Positions 50,241 through 60,200 of a DNA stretch of 64,000 nt are shown here, piece by piece. The number at the start of each line of letters is the position of its first letter. The first letter of the stretch is position 1. Below the pieces are notes generated by a model. That model was not told the DNA's origin and made no database searches. It saw only the letters and a program-made list of their open reading frames with translations. This DNA is from Verrucomicrobiales bacterium (lineage in GTDB: Bacteria; Verrucomicrobiota; Verrucomicrobiia; Verrucomicrobiales; SLCJ01). The position numbers and the translations under genes were made by a program. The stretch is from the NCBI GenBank assembly GCA_046075565.1, contig JBJTQJ010000030.1:1-64000 (forward strand), given 5' to 3'.

Positions 50241-50504
50241 ATGAACAAACCAAAGATCAGTCAGTTCGCCCCCATTCCTGTCACTGTCGAAGCCGGCAAA
50301 ACCTACTATTGGTGTTCCTGCGGCGAGAGCAAAGGCCAGCCTTTTTGCGACGGATCCCACAAGGGCACGGGCTTCTCTCCTGTCGCTTACACCGCCGAGA
50401 AGGATGGCCCGGTCTATTTCTGCGCCTGCAAACACGGAGGCAATGGCGTTCTCTGCGATGGTAGCCACAAATCGCTTCCACGCGAGTCCGCGAAAACGGA
50501 TTAA
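50241..50504 (+). CDS. CDGSH iron-sulfur protein (two CDGSH motifs)
   Basis: WCSCGESKGQPFCDGSH and FCACKHGGNGVLCDGSH. Confidence 0.93.
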   Translation: MNKPKISQFAPIPVTVEAGKTYYWCSCGESKGQPFCDGSHKGTGFSPVAYTAEKDGPVYFCACKHGGNGVLCDGSHKSLPRESAKTD

Positions 50505-50567
50505 CCCACCTAACAAGCCACCTGCGCACGGTGCCGACCCTTTGCCGCAGAACTTTCGATTCAACGG

Positions 50568-51083
50568 CTACCATTCTTCCAGAAAAACCCTTGGCTCGGG
50601 TTCGCCATTCTCCGGGAGCAAGGCGAGGAGTTCATTGATGGTGTGACGGTGTCCTCCGGGGATGCGATCCGGCGCGATGCGGGCAAGAGGGACAAGCACG
50701 AAGCGCCGGTTGGCCATACGAGGGTGGGGGAGGATGAGGTCGGGTGTGGCGAATGTGCCCGATTCAAGATAAAGGAGGTCGATATCGATGGGACGGGGAG
50801 CATTCCGGTGGCGATCTTTGGGCAAAGGACGGCCGAACTCCGCCTCGATGGCTTGGCAGGCACGGTGAAAGTCGGTTAGCCTGCCGTCGGGGATGTCGAG
50901 TTCCAGCGCGGTATTGAGAAAATCAGGGGAACCGGGCGGGCAATCGACGGGCGCGGTCGCGTAGATAGGCGCTTGGCGAAAATCCGACTGCGAACCGGCG
51001 GCGGCGAGCACGGCATCGCGCGCGCGGGCCAGCCACTGGCCGCGGTCGCCGAGATTCGAGCCCATGGCCACTCCGATGCGCAT
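50568..51083 (-). CDS. folK: 2-amino-4-hydroxy-6-hydroxymethyldihydropteridine pyrophosphokinase
   Basis: MRIGVAMGSNLGDR, FLNTA, IEAEFGR, PRPIDIDLL and LPHPRM..RRFVLVPL. The real start is at 51083, not 51830. Confidence 0.95.
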   Translation of the reverse strand: MRIGVAMGSNLGDRGQWLARARDAVLAAAGSQSDFRQAPIYATAPVDCPPGSPDFLNTALELDIPDGRLTDFHRACQAIEAEFGRPLPKDRHRNAPRPIDIDLLYLESGTFATPDLILPHPRMANRRFVLVPLARIAPDRIPGGHRHTINELLALLPENGEPEPRVFLEEW

Positions 51084-51166
51084 GGGCAAACATGGAATGG
51101 AGACGGGCGTGGGAAAATTGAAATTTTCTCCGGGACGCGCGGCAAGAATTATGGCATCGGTGGGAA

Positions 51167-51964
51167 ATGGCGAAGACCCCGACACCCGCGAAACCCGTTT
51201 GGCCGGACTGGTTGCCCGCACCGACGGGCCAGGCCGCGGTTTGGCCATGGGAAAGGATTTTCGACGATTTGCCGAACATTGTTTTTTTCGCGAAGGATGT
51301 GCGGGGGCGTTACACCTCGGTAAACCGCTCGCTGGTCGAGCGGTGTGGGTTCTCCGACAAAGCCGCGATGCTGGGCAAAAGGCCGTCGGAAATTTTCCCC
51401 GCCTCGATGGCGGCGCACTTCGAGCGCCAGGATGCTCGGGTCCTCGGCAGCGGAAAACCGGTGCTGGACCAATTGGAGCTGCATTTCCATGTGCAACGCC
51501 GCCACGGCTGGTGCCTGACCAATAAATACCCCCTCGCGGAGGCGGGCACGGGCAAGGTGATCGGACTGGTCGGGGTGGGGCGGGATGTCGAAACTTCGGC
51601 CCGGGGGGTGGCGGCGCGGGGGTTTCCGGAACTCGCCCGAGCCATCGATCACTTGCAGGGACGGGTGGAAAACCCGCCGGGAGTGGAGGAATTGGCCGCC
51701 GTGGCCGGTTTGCCAGCCGGTCCATTCGCCCAAATGGTCCACCGGGTCTTCCACATGACCCCGCGGGACCTGATTTTGAAGGTGCGGCTCGACGAGGCCA
51801 TGCACCTGCTGGCCCATTCCGCCATGACACTGGCGGATATCGCGCTGGCGACCGGATTTTGCGACCAGAGCGCCTTCACCCGGCATTTCCGGCGCTTCAC
51901 GGGAATTCCGCCGGGGGGATTCCGGGCCAGCCAGCGGGGAATTGAAAATTTCTCCGAAAAATAA
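51167..51964 (+). CDS. AraC family transcriptional regulator with N-terminal PAS domain
   Basis: PAS segment VFFAKDVRGRY..VN; AraC HTH IALATGFCDQSAFTRHFRRFTG. Confidence 0.92.
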   Translation: MAKTPTPAKPVWPDWLPAPTGQAAVWPWERIFDDLPNIVFFAKDVRGRYTSVNRSLVERCGFSDKAAMLGKRPSEIFPASMAAHFERQDARVLGSGKPVLDQLELHFHVQRRHGWCLTNKYPLAEAGTGKVIGLVGVGRDVETSARGVAARGFPELARAIDHLQGRVENPPGVEELAAVAGLPAGPFAQMVHRVFHMTPRDLILKVRLDEAMHLLAHSAMTLADIALATGFCDQSAFTRHFRRFTGIPPGGFRASQRGIENFSEK

Positions 51965-52033
51965 GGACATCCGGGCAGGCTGGTGCTATAGAATTTGGAA
52001 AGTTCGTCTGCCGGGCGACGCATAATCAAGGAC

Positions 52034-52732
52034 ATGGCGAAGAAAGACGACAAAACCAAATCCACCGCCGATTCCGCGGCTGATTCCACCAGCGACGAGG
52101 AAATCCTGAAAAGCGGGTATGCGAAGACGCGCAAGAGTCTCATCGCCCGTTTGCAGAACTGGGAGGACCAGCGGACTTGGGATGAGTTTTACCAGACCTA
52201 TTGGCGGCTCATTTATAGCGTAGCCATCAAGTCCGGACTGCGGCAGGACGAGGCATTTGATGTCGTGCAGGAGACGATTCTGAGCATCGCGAAACAGTCG
52301 AAGGAGAATCGTTATGATCCCAATGCCGGATCCTTCAAATCATGGCTTTTGAACATGACCCGTTGGCGTATCGGCGATCAGTTCCGCAAACGCAAAAAAG
52401 ACACGGCCATGGTCCAGCCCGAGTTCCAGGACGACAGCGGTCGCGGTGAAGCCATCGTCGAACGTGTGGAGGATCCGAATGGGGACAAGTTGGAGCGTTT
52501 GTGGAATGCCGAATGGGCGAAGAATCTGACCAAGTCGGGACTCGAAAAAGTGAAACGCAAGGTCAGCGCCCGGCAATATCAGATCTTCGATTGTTATGTT
52601 CTGAAAGGCTGGGATACGGAACGCGTCGCCCGTGAACTCGGAGTGAGCGTGACGCAGGTTTATCTGGCCAAACACCGGGTCGGTGCCGTGCTGAAGAAAG
52701 AACTCGCCGAATTGGATGGCAAGCTCCTCTGA
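52034..52732 (+). CDS. ECF sigma-70 factor (PVC-type, kinase-linked)
   Basis: TRKSLIARL..WDEFYQTY, DVVQET, SFKSWL, and region 4 VARELGVSVTQVYLAKHR. Confidence 0.93.
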   Translation: MAKKDDKTKSTADSAADSTSDEEILKSGYAKTRKSLIARLQNWEDQRTWDEFYQTYWRLIYSVAIKSGLRQDEAFDVVQETILSIAKQSKENRYDPNAGSFKSWLLNMTRWRIGDQFRKRKKDTAMVQPEFQDDSGRGEAIVERVEDPNGDKLERLWNAEWAKNLTKSGLEKVKRKVSARQYQIFDCYVLKGWDTERVARELGVSVTQVYLAKHRVGAVLKKELAELDGKLL

Positions 52733-55301
52733 CCAACCCGGTGGTTGCGCCCCCGTGATCCCGGACCACCGGCTCCTGCGGCGGATCGGCAAGGGAGCTT
52801 ACGGCGAAGTATGGCTGGCGCGCGGTGTCACGGGAGTTCTGCGGGCCATCAAGATCGTTCGTCGCGGGGACTTTGAAGAAGAACGGACCTTCGAGCGTGA
52901 GTTCGAGGGCATTCGCGAATACGAACCCATCTCGCGCCACCACCGCGGACTGGTGCATGTGCTGCACATCGGACGCAACGAAGATGAAGGATTCTATTAT
53001 TATGTAATGGAACTCGGCGACGACGTGCAAGGCGGGCCGGCCACCAACGAGATCGAATACGAGCCGCGCACCTTGCACAGCGATGTGCTGCGTCGCGGGC
53101 GACTTCCCGTCGGTTATTGCATCACGGTTGGGGAAGTGCTCGCCGACGCGCTGGGCTATTTGCACAAGCAGGGTTTGACCCATCGCGATATCAAACCGAG
53201 CAACGTGATCTTTGTCGGAGGTGTGCCCAAACTCGCCGATATCGGACTGGTGGCGCGCAGCGGTCAACGCACTTTCGTTGGCACGCAGGGATTCACCCCG
53301 CCGGAAGGGCCGGGTTCTCCCCAGGCCGATGTTTACAGTCTCGGCATGGTGCTTTACGAGGTGAGCACGGGCAAAGACCGTTTCGATTTTCCGGAGGTGC
53401 CGGATGAACTGCCCGAGGAGGAACGTGCCGACTGGCGGAGGTTGAATGACGTGATTTGCCGGGCCTGTGACCCGGAAGTCGAGCGGCGTCATGCCGACGG
53501 AAATGTGCTGGGCATCGATCTCGGCGCGCTTGCCGCCGGACGCGAGCCGCCCATGGCCGAAAAGAAATGGCGAACGCCCGTGCTTGCCGCCGTCGCATTG
53601 GTCACGGTCGTCGCGACCTTTTCAGCGCTCTGGCCGACCCAGCCGCCCACTCCGCTTCCGGTGGTTTCGCAGCCGCCGGTTGTCGACAAACCCACCACCG
53701 GTTCGGTGCGTATCTTCACCACGCCGGGAGGAGCGGAAATCCTCTTCGAAGGAGAAAGCATCGGCCAGACTCCGCAAACACTTGACGATTTGCCTCCGGG
53801 TCCGGTGCGTTTCATGTTGCGTCTCGAGGGTTATCGCGCCGCCAACATGGAAGCCGAAGTCCATCCCGGCGAAACCGTCGTCGTGGCCCACGAACTCGAA
53901 TTTTACAAACCACCGGTGGCAGGCCAACCATGGGTGAATCAACTCGGAATGGAGTTCAGTCCGAGCGGGCGCAACCACGCCGGCACCGGACCCGTCACGT
54001 GGAAACAATTCGAGTCCTTCGCAACCTCCGCCGGCAAGGGGCTGGCCTTTGAAAAAGCGGAATGGAAAAAGCCGGATGGGGAAAACGAAACGCTCGTGCT
54101 GGCCAGTCGTGAGGTGGCCGAGCGATTCTGCGCCTGGTTGTTGCAGCGCGGGCGCGAGCTTGGATTCCTCGGGCCCGAACATTACTATTCCCACGCCCGG
54201 GGCGATGCACTGCCACCCATCCAAGGACAAGGCGGAAAAGAGTTGACCCCTATTGTTTGCTCGGTGCGCAGTTTCCTCTATGGCGGATTGATGGTGAGCA
54301 GCCAACCCGAGGGCGCGGAAGTCTGGGAATTGCCCGCCCGCAGGTTCCTCGGTCGCACTCCATTGCGCATTGATCGGTTGGTGCCCGGTCGCCAGGCCTT
54401 TGAAATCCGCCTCGAAGGTCACGAGAAACAACAAGCCACCGTCGCAGTGAAGGCGGAGGAAACAAGTGAACTCGCTCTCGTGCTGCGGCCAAGCAAAGGG
54501 GTGATCTTCGGCCGGGAATGGAAAAACAGCCTCGGGATGGGATTCCAGCCAGTCGGTGACCTCATGGTGGCCACCACCGAAACCAGGGTAGCCGATTGGC
54601 AAGCTTATCGCGCCGCCACCGGTGCGGCCGCCGCCAGCACCAGTTTCCGCCAGCGGGCTGATGAACCGGTCGCGGGCGTGAGCCGCACCGACGCCATCGC
54701 ATTCTGCGTCTGGATGACCAACACCGAACGCGGGCAAGGATTCATCCAGGACAATCACCGCTACCGTCTCCCCACCGATGCCGAATGGTCGCGCTTCGCC
54801 GGCTTGACCGAGGAGCCCGGATTGTCGCCCCACCAACTCGATGGACAAGACCGCGGCGTCTTCCCTTGGGGCACGCAATGGCCTCCATCAGCCAACGCCG
54901 GAAACTTCGCCGATGAAACAGCCCGTGCCCGGCTTCCCCGCGGCACATCCATCATCACCGGCTACCGTGATGGCTTCATCAACACTTCTCCCGTCGCCAC
55001 CTTCACGCCCAATCCTTTGAAATTGCACGACCTCGGCGGCAACGTTTGGGAATGGGTCGGCGATGACTATGGAGGCGATCCCGCCAACCCCGCTTCAAGC
55101 TGGGCTGTCTGTCGGGGTGGCAGTTGGGCCGATGGCAAACGCGATGACCTTCTCGTTTCGATGCGTAATATTCTCAAGGCCGATTATCGCGGTGATGGCC
55201 TTTACGGTTTCCGAATGGTGCTCCAGCGCGAAGGCGATCTTGATGTTGCCCCTGAACTGTTCCCACTTGTTCCGGCATTGCCATCACCCCCAAGTCCATG
55301 A
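52716..55301 (+). CDS. Membrane Ser/Thr protein kinase with extracytoplasmic PEGA and FGE-sulfatase-like domains
   Basis: GKGAYGEV, AIK, HRDIKPSN, DIG (for DFG) and PPE; one TM; two PEGA modules; RLPTDAEW, DLGGNVWEW, RGGSW and GFR. Confidence 0.92.
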   Translation: MASSSDQPGGCAPVIPDHRLLRRIGKGAYGEVWLARGVTGVLRAIKIVRRGDFEEERTFEREFEGIREYEPISRHHRGLVHVLHIGRNEDEGFYYYVMELGDDVQGGPATNEIEYEPRTLHSDVLRRGRLPVGYCITVGEVLADALGYLHKQGLTHRDIKPSNVIFVGGVPKLADIGLVARSGQRTFVGTQGFTPPEGPGSPQADVYSLGMVLYEVSTGKDRFDFPEVPDELPEEERADWRRLNDVICRACDPEVERRHADGNVLGIDLGALAAGREPPMAEKKWRTPVLAAVALVTVVATFSALWPTQPPTPLPVVSQPPVVDKPTTGSVRIFTTPGGAEILFEGESIGQTPQTLDDLPPGPVRFMLRLEGYRAANMEAEVHPGETVVVAHELEFYKPPVAGQPWVNQLGMEFSPSGRNHAGTGPVTWKQFESFATSAGKGLAFEKAEWKKPDGENETLVLASREVAERFCAWLLQRGRELGFLGPEHYYSHARGDALPPIQGQGGKELTPIVCSVRSFLYGGLMVSSQPEGAEVWELPARRFLGRTPLRIDRLVPGRQAFEIRLEGHEKQQATVAVKAEETSELALVLRPSKGVIFGREWKNSLGMGFQPVGDLMVATTETRVADWQAYRAATGAAAASTSFRQRADEPVAGVSRTDAIAFCVWMTNTERGQGFIQDNHRYRLPTDAEWSRFAGLTEEPGLSPHQLDGQDRGVFPWGTQWPPSANAGNFADETARARLPRGTSIITGYRDGFINTSPVATFTPNPLKLHDLGGNVWEWVGDDYGGDPANPASSWAVCRGGSWADGKRDDLLVSMRNILKADYRGDGLYGFRMVLQREGDLDVAPELFPLVPALPSPPSP

Positions 55302-55918
55302 TTTCCCCCCGGTCCTACGCCATAATTCTCCTTGTTCCCTTCCTGCTCGTCTCTTGCGGGCCGCCCGCGAGATTGAAGCGGGAAGCCGTGGCCATCGCGG
55401 GCCGTGCCACCGCCCCCTCGGGTGGAGTGAAGCGAAAAGAGGTGCAGCAGGTATGTTGGGAACTCTCCCGCCAGGGGCTGCGTTATTCCTTCGGTTCGGT
55501 GCGACCGGAGACCGGCGGTCTCGATTGCTCCGGAACCGTGCATTACGTGTTATCACGTGTCGGCTACCGCAGTGTGCCACGCCAGTCGAATCACCAGTAT
55601 TATTGGGTGAAGGAATACGGAAACATGAATCACGAGAGCAGTCTGACCGAATCGGTGCTGCGGAGACTGAAGCCCGGCGACCTGCTCTTCTGGAGTGGAA
55701 CCTACCGCACTGGAAAACGCTGGCCTAACATCTCCCATGTAATGTTCTACAGTGGACGCGACCCGAAAAGCGGGACGCACTACATGTTCGGCGGTCGCTC
55801 GGGCGGGCGCCGGGGCCTCAATGGTTCCGAAATCGATTTCTTCGTCCTGCGTCCCGGCGAAAGCGAGGGCAGATCAGGAAAATTCGTCGGCTATGGCCGT
55901 CCGCCGGGTTTGCGGTGA
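55298..55918 (+). CDS. NlpC/P60 family lipoprotein peptidase
   Basis: Lipobox LVSC, catalytic GLDCSG, VPRQS, LKPGDLLF and ISHV. ATGA overlap with the kinase. Confidence 0.88.
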   Translation: MISPRSYAIILLVPFLLVSCGPPARLKREAVAIAGRATAPSGGVKRKEVQQVCWELSRQGLRYSFGSVRPETGGLDCSGTVHYVLSRVGYRSVPRQSNHQYYWVKEYGNMNHESSLTESVLRRLKPGDLLFWSGTYRTGKRWPNISHVMFYSGRDPKSGTHYMFGGRSGGRRGLNGSEIDFFVLRPGESEGRSGKFVGYGRPPGLR

Positions 55919-55935
55919 GTCTCCCCGCCAACCGA

Positions 55936-57108
55936 TCACTTCTTCGGGCCGATCACGACCTTGCGCGATCCGTCCTGGTTGATAACGGTCATTTGGCCCC
56001 CGGTCTCCTTGGCCATGACCTTCATTGGTTCCAAGGCTTTCGGTTCCATCATCGAAATGCAGTTGATGACAACTTTTGATGCTCCCGTTTTGGCGCGCCT
56101 GGCAATCGTCTTTGCCGTATCCATGCTGCGGTCTCCGGCCACGCCGTCGGTCATGAAATAGATCACGTCCGGCCTCGGATTGGCATCAAGGGCGATTTCG
56201 AGGGGATCATCCCAGTCCGTGCCGTAAATCAGGCGCGACTCCGCGATGTGTTTGACCGATTCCCTCACGTTGCTGCTGCTGGCATCAATCCATTTCACGC
56301 TGGGGAGCTTGCCTGATTTCAGCTTCCAGTCATTCGCGCCCTTCACACTGATCCAATTGTAAGTCTCATTGTCGTGTCCTTGGACGACGGCGCGCTCCTT
56401 GCCACCGACGTTTTGGATATCTTCACCCGCGAACCAGACCGGGCCAGCGAAGAAGATCAACGAATAGCTGATGCCGGGCTTGAGTTCCTTGATGCTCTTG
56501 GTCAGTTCTTTCCGCATCATCGGGTCCCGTGGTCCTTTCATGGAGGCCGAATAGTCGATCACAAAGGCCACACGGCTGGCTGTGGAGGTTTGTCCAAAGA
56601 AGCCCACTTTTCCGCCCGTGCCGGAGCCGGTTCCACCGAATCCGAGGCCCAGGCCCACTCCCGAACCCGTGCCGATATTGGCGAGATTGGAATCAGTGTT
56701 GACGGTGGGCACGAAGGCCGTCGCCGACGGAGCATGTGAACTGATCAGACGCGCGCTGGCGCTGGCCGCCGAAGGTTTGGATTTGACCGTCGCCTGGGTC
56801 GGTGATTGTTCGGTGATCTGATCCGAGGGAGGGTTGATGGTCTTTGCCTGAATCTCCGGCACGTCAACAGGCAGGCTGGGCAGGATAATCAAAGTGAGGA
56901 TGAGAATCAGGATGACGTGCACCATGACCGTGATCACGAGAGAGGAAATCTTGGCCCCCCGCTCGGATCGCTTTTTGACGGCAGCGCTTTGCTCCGAATC
57001 CAGTGTTTCGTGATGTTGGGGTGCATGGCCAGATCCTGCCCATGCGGGCGTGAAGCCATCACCGGAGGGCAACGAGTGTGTCGGAGGCGGGAGAGGGGAT
57101 TTGGGCAT
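55936..57108 (-). CDS. Membrane-anchored von Willebrand factor A domain protein
   Basis: TM with MVH, Gly-rich linker, MIDAS motif DYSASM, YGTDW, FMTDG and AKETGG. Confidence 0.85.
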   Translation of the reverse strand: MPKSPLPPPTHSLPSGDGFTPAWAGSGHAPQHHETLDSEQSAAVKKRSERGAKISSLVITVMVHVILILILTLIILPSLPVDVPEIQAKTINPPSDQITEQSPTQATVKSKPSAASASARLISSHAPSATAFVPTVNTDSNLANIGTGSGVGLGLGFGGTGSGTGGKVGFFGQTSTASRVAFVIDYSASMKGPRDPMMRKELTKSIKELKPGISYSLIFFAGPVWFAGEDIQNVGGKERAVVQGHDNETYNWISVKGANDWKLKSGKLPSVKWIDASSSNVRESVKHIAESRLIYGTDWDDPLEIALDANPRPDVIYFMTDGVAGDRSMDTAKTIARRAKTGASKVVINCISMMEPKALEPMKVMAKETGGQMTVINQDGSRKVVIGPKK

Positions 57109-57242
57109 AGATGTCTGGGTTTTGGGGTGAGTTTTGAGTGAAAATACGAAATCACACCCTGCCGGACAACGAAAAAATTGCCGAGGAGGTCGGCGTGCCG
57201 GCGGCGCACCCGCTTAAATAAGCAAAAGACGGGGGCACTTTT

Positions 57243-57264
57243 CCCTTTTTCGGCCGAAAAAGGG
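57243..57264. terminator. Perfect 22-bp palindrome downstream of pyc (terminator or operator)
   Basis: CCCTTTTTCGG/CCGAAAAAGGG, extendable by CACTTT/AAAGTG. Confidence 0.5.
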
Positions 57265-57294
57265 CTCAAAGTGGCTGGATCCGCTGCTATCCGG

Positions 57295-60200
57295 TTAATC
57301 TGCGACGAGGCGGACGAGGAGGTCTTTGGCCGCAACATTCTCTCCGGCTCCGACCTCGACCGCCTCCACCACCCCGTCGGTCGGGGAGGTGACGGTGGTG
57401 AACATTTTCATGGCTTCCAGGGTAACCAGCGGGTCGCCTGTCTGCACTTTGGAGCCGACGGAAACCGCCACGGAGGCCACCATACCGGGCATGGGAGCGC
57501 CGATTTCGCCCGGTTTGGCCGGGTCGGCCTGCGGCCGCCTCACCACCTCGCGGGCGATGGATTTGTCCACGATTTCCGTGGTGCGGGCGAGACCGTTCAA
57601 TTCGAAATGCACGGGCCGTGAGCCGCTGGCATGGGGCTCGCCGACATGGTGCAGTTTCACGATGAGGGTCTTTCCTTCCTCGATCTCCACGTTCATTTCC
57701 TCACCGGGCGCGAGGCCGTAATAATAAGCAGGCGTCGGCAGCACCGAGACATCGGAGTGGCGTTTGCGGTGGTCTTCGAAGTCGAGGAAGACCTGCGGAT
57801 ACATCAGGTAGGACCAGACATCATCCTCGCCGGGTTGGCGGTGGATTTTCTTCGCGAGCTCCGTCCGGGTGGCCTCGAAGTCAACCGTCTCGGCATAAAG
57901 TCCGGGTCGTTTGTTCCGGATCTGCACCCGTTCGCCACAAATCTTGCGCACGAGTTTTTTCGGGAACCCTCCGGGCGGCTGGCCGAGTCCGCCGGAAAGC
58001 ATGTCGATGACACTCTCGGGGAAACTGGTTCCATCAGGCAAGTTGATCACGTCCTTGGCCTTCACGCCTTTGGCGATGAGGAACATGGTCATGTCGCCCA
58101 CGACCTTGGAGGAAGGCGTGACTTTCACGATGTCGCCGAAGAGTTCGTTTACTTCCGCGTAGGTGCGGGCAATTTCCGGCCATCGGTGGGCAAGGCCCAT
58201 GGCAGCGGCCTGTTCCTTGAGGTTGGTGTATTGACCGCCCGGCATTTCGTGGAGATAAACTTCCGCCGTGCCGTAGGGTTCGGCGGTATCGAACGGCTTG
58301 TAGAATGAACGCACGTCCGCCCAGTAGTCTGAGAACTCGTTGAGGGCTCCGATGTCGAGGCCGGTCGCCCGCGGGGTGTGCTCGAGGGCCGCGACGAGGC
58401 TGTTGAGATTCGGTTGGGAGGTGCCGCCCGACATCGAGGCAATGGCCGCATCGGCGATATCCACGCCCGCTTCGGCGGCCTTGAGGATAGAGGCGGCGTT
58501 GAGGCCTGAGGTATCGTGGGTGTGGAAGTGAATGGGCAGGGCGGTTTCGGCTTTGAGGGCCTTGATCAATTTGACGGCGGCGTAGGGTTTGCAAAGCCCG
58601 GCCATGTCCTTGATACAAAGCAGGTGTGCTCCCATTTTCTCCAGTTCCTTGGCCAGGCGCACGTAGTATTCGAGCGCATATTTGTCTCGGCGCGAATCGA
58701 GGATGTCGCCGGTATAACAAATGGCTGCTTCACAAAGGGCATGGGTGCCGCGCACCGCTTCCATGGCCGCCTTGAGGTTGGGCAGGTAGTTGAGCGAATC
58801 GAAAATACGGAAGATGTCCATGCCGCGGGCGGCGGCGTGTTTGACAAATCCGGCCACGACATTGTCGGGGTAGTTGGTGTAACCAACGGCATTCGAGCCG
58901 CGGAAGAGCATCTGGAAACAAATGTTCGGCACCGCCTCACGCAGTTGTTCCAATCGTTGCCATGGATCTTCCTTGAGGAAGCGCATCGCGGTGTCAAAGG
59001 TTGCGCCGCCCCACATCTCCATCGAGAACAAGTCCGGAGCGCGATGGGCAACCGCGCGTGCGACGTGCAGCATGTCGTAGGTGCGCACGCGCGTGGCCAG
59101 CAGCGACTGGTGGGCATCACGGAACGTCGTGTCGGTCAACAGAAGTCGTTTCTGCTTTCCGACCCAAGCGGCGAATTTCTCCGCCCCCATTTCCAAGAGC
59201 ATGTCGCGGGTGCCTTTGGGTGGAAGCGCCGGCACCGGACCAGCGGCGGGCACAACCGGAACCGATTTGGCCGGCAGGTAGGGGATGGAAGGTTTGAATC
59301 CTTTGGCATTCGGGTTGCCATTCACGATGACATTGCCGAGGAACGAGAGCAGTCGGCTGGCCCGATCGCGTTTGGCCTTGAACTGGAAAAGCTCCGGTGT
59401 CGTGTCGATGAGCCTGGTCGTGGCTTTCCCGGTGCGGAAAAGTTCGTGATGGATCACGTTTTCCAGGAAAGGAATATTGGTCTTCACGCCCCGGATGCGG
59501 AATTCCTTGAGGGCGCGATCAACCCGCTGGATGGCGAGATTGAAGTTGCCCGCGCGGGCGGTCAACTTGACGAGCAACGAATCGTAGTAAGGCGTGATGG
59601 TCGCTCCGCCGGTGGCCATGGCTCCATCGAGGCGGATGCCGAGTCCGGCGGGGGAGCGGTAGGTGAGGATGGTGCCGGTGTCGGGAGCAAACGCCTTTTC
59701 CGGATCCTCGGTAGTGATGCGGCACTGGATGGCATAACCAAAACGCGGAATGTCCGCCTGCGCGGGTATTCCGATTTCCGGGCCGTGCAACTTTGCACCG
59801 GTGGCGACGAGGATTTGCGAGCGCACGAGATCGACATTCGTGATCTCTTCGGTCACGGTGTGTTCGACCTGGATCCGCGGGTTCATCTCGATGAAGAAAT
59901 ACGGGGAAACACGCGCATCGCCGGTGAAGGAATAACGATCTGCTTCGACTGCATCCATATCCACGAGGAACTCCACCGTTCCGGCATTCTGATACCCGAT
60001 ACCGCTGGCAAGGCGGGCGGCGGCTTCACACAATTCTACCCGCAGGCGATCATCAAGGCCGACCGATGGGGCGATCTCGATGACCTTCTGGTGGCGGCGT
60101 TGCACGGAACAATCACGCTCGTGCAGATGCACGACATTGCCGTGGCGGTCGCCGAGGATCTGCACCTCGATGTGTTTGGCGCGGGCGATGTAGCGCTCGA

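Noticed and set aside
34461..51083. A folate/one-carbon gene cluster (lipB, thyA, folK, plus gcvP and tmk)
   Set aside because: The genes are scattered over tens of kb in different operons with no shared element seen.
51084..51830. N-terminal extension on FolK (420-aa ORF)
   Set aside because: The extension is antisense to the AraC gene; FolK motifs begin at the ATG at 51083.
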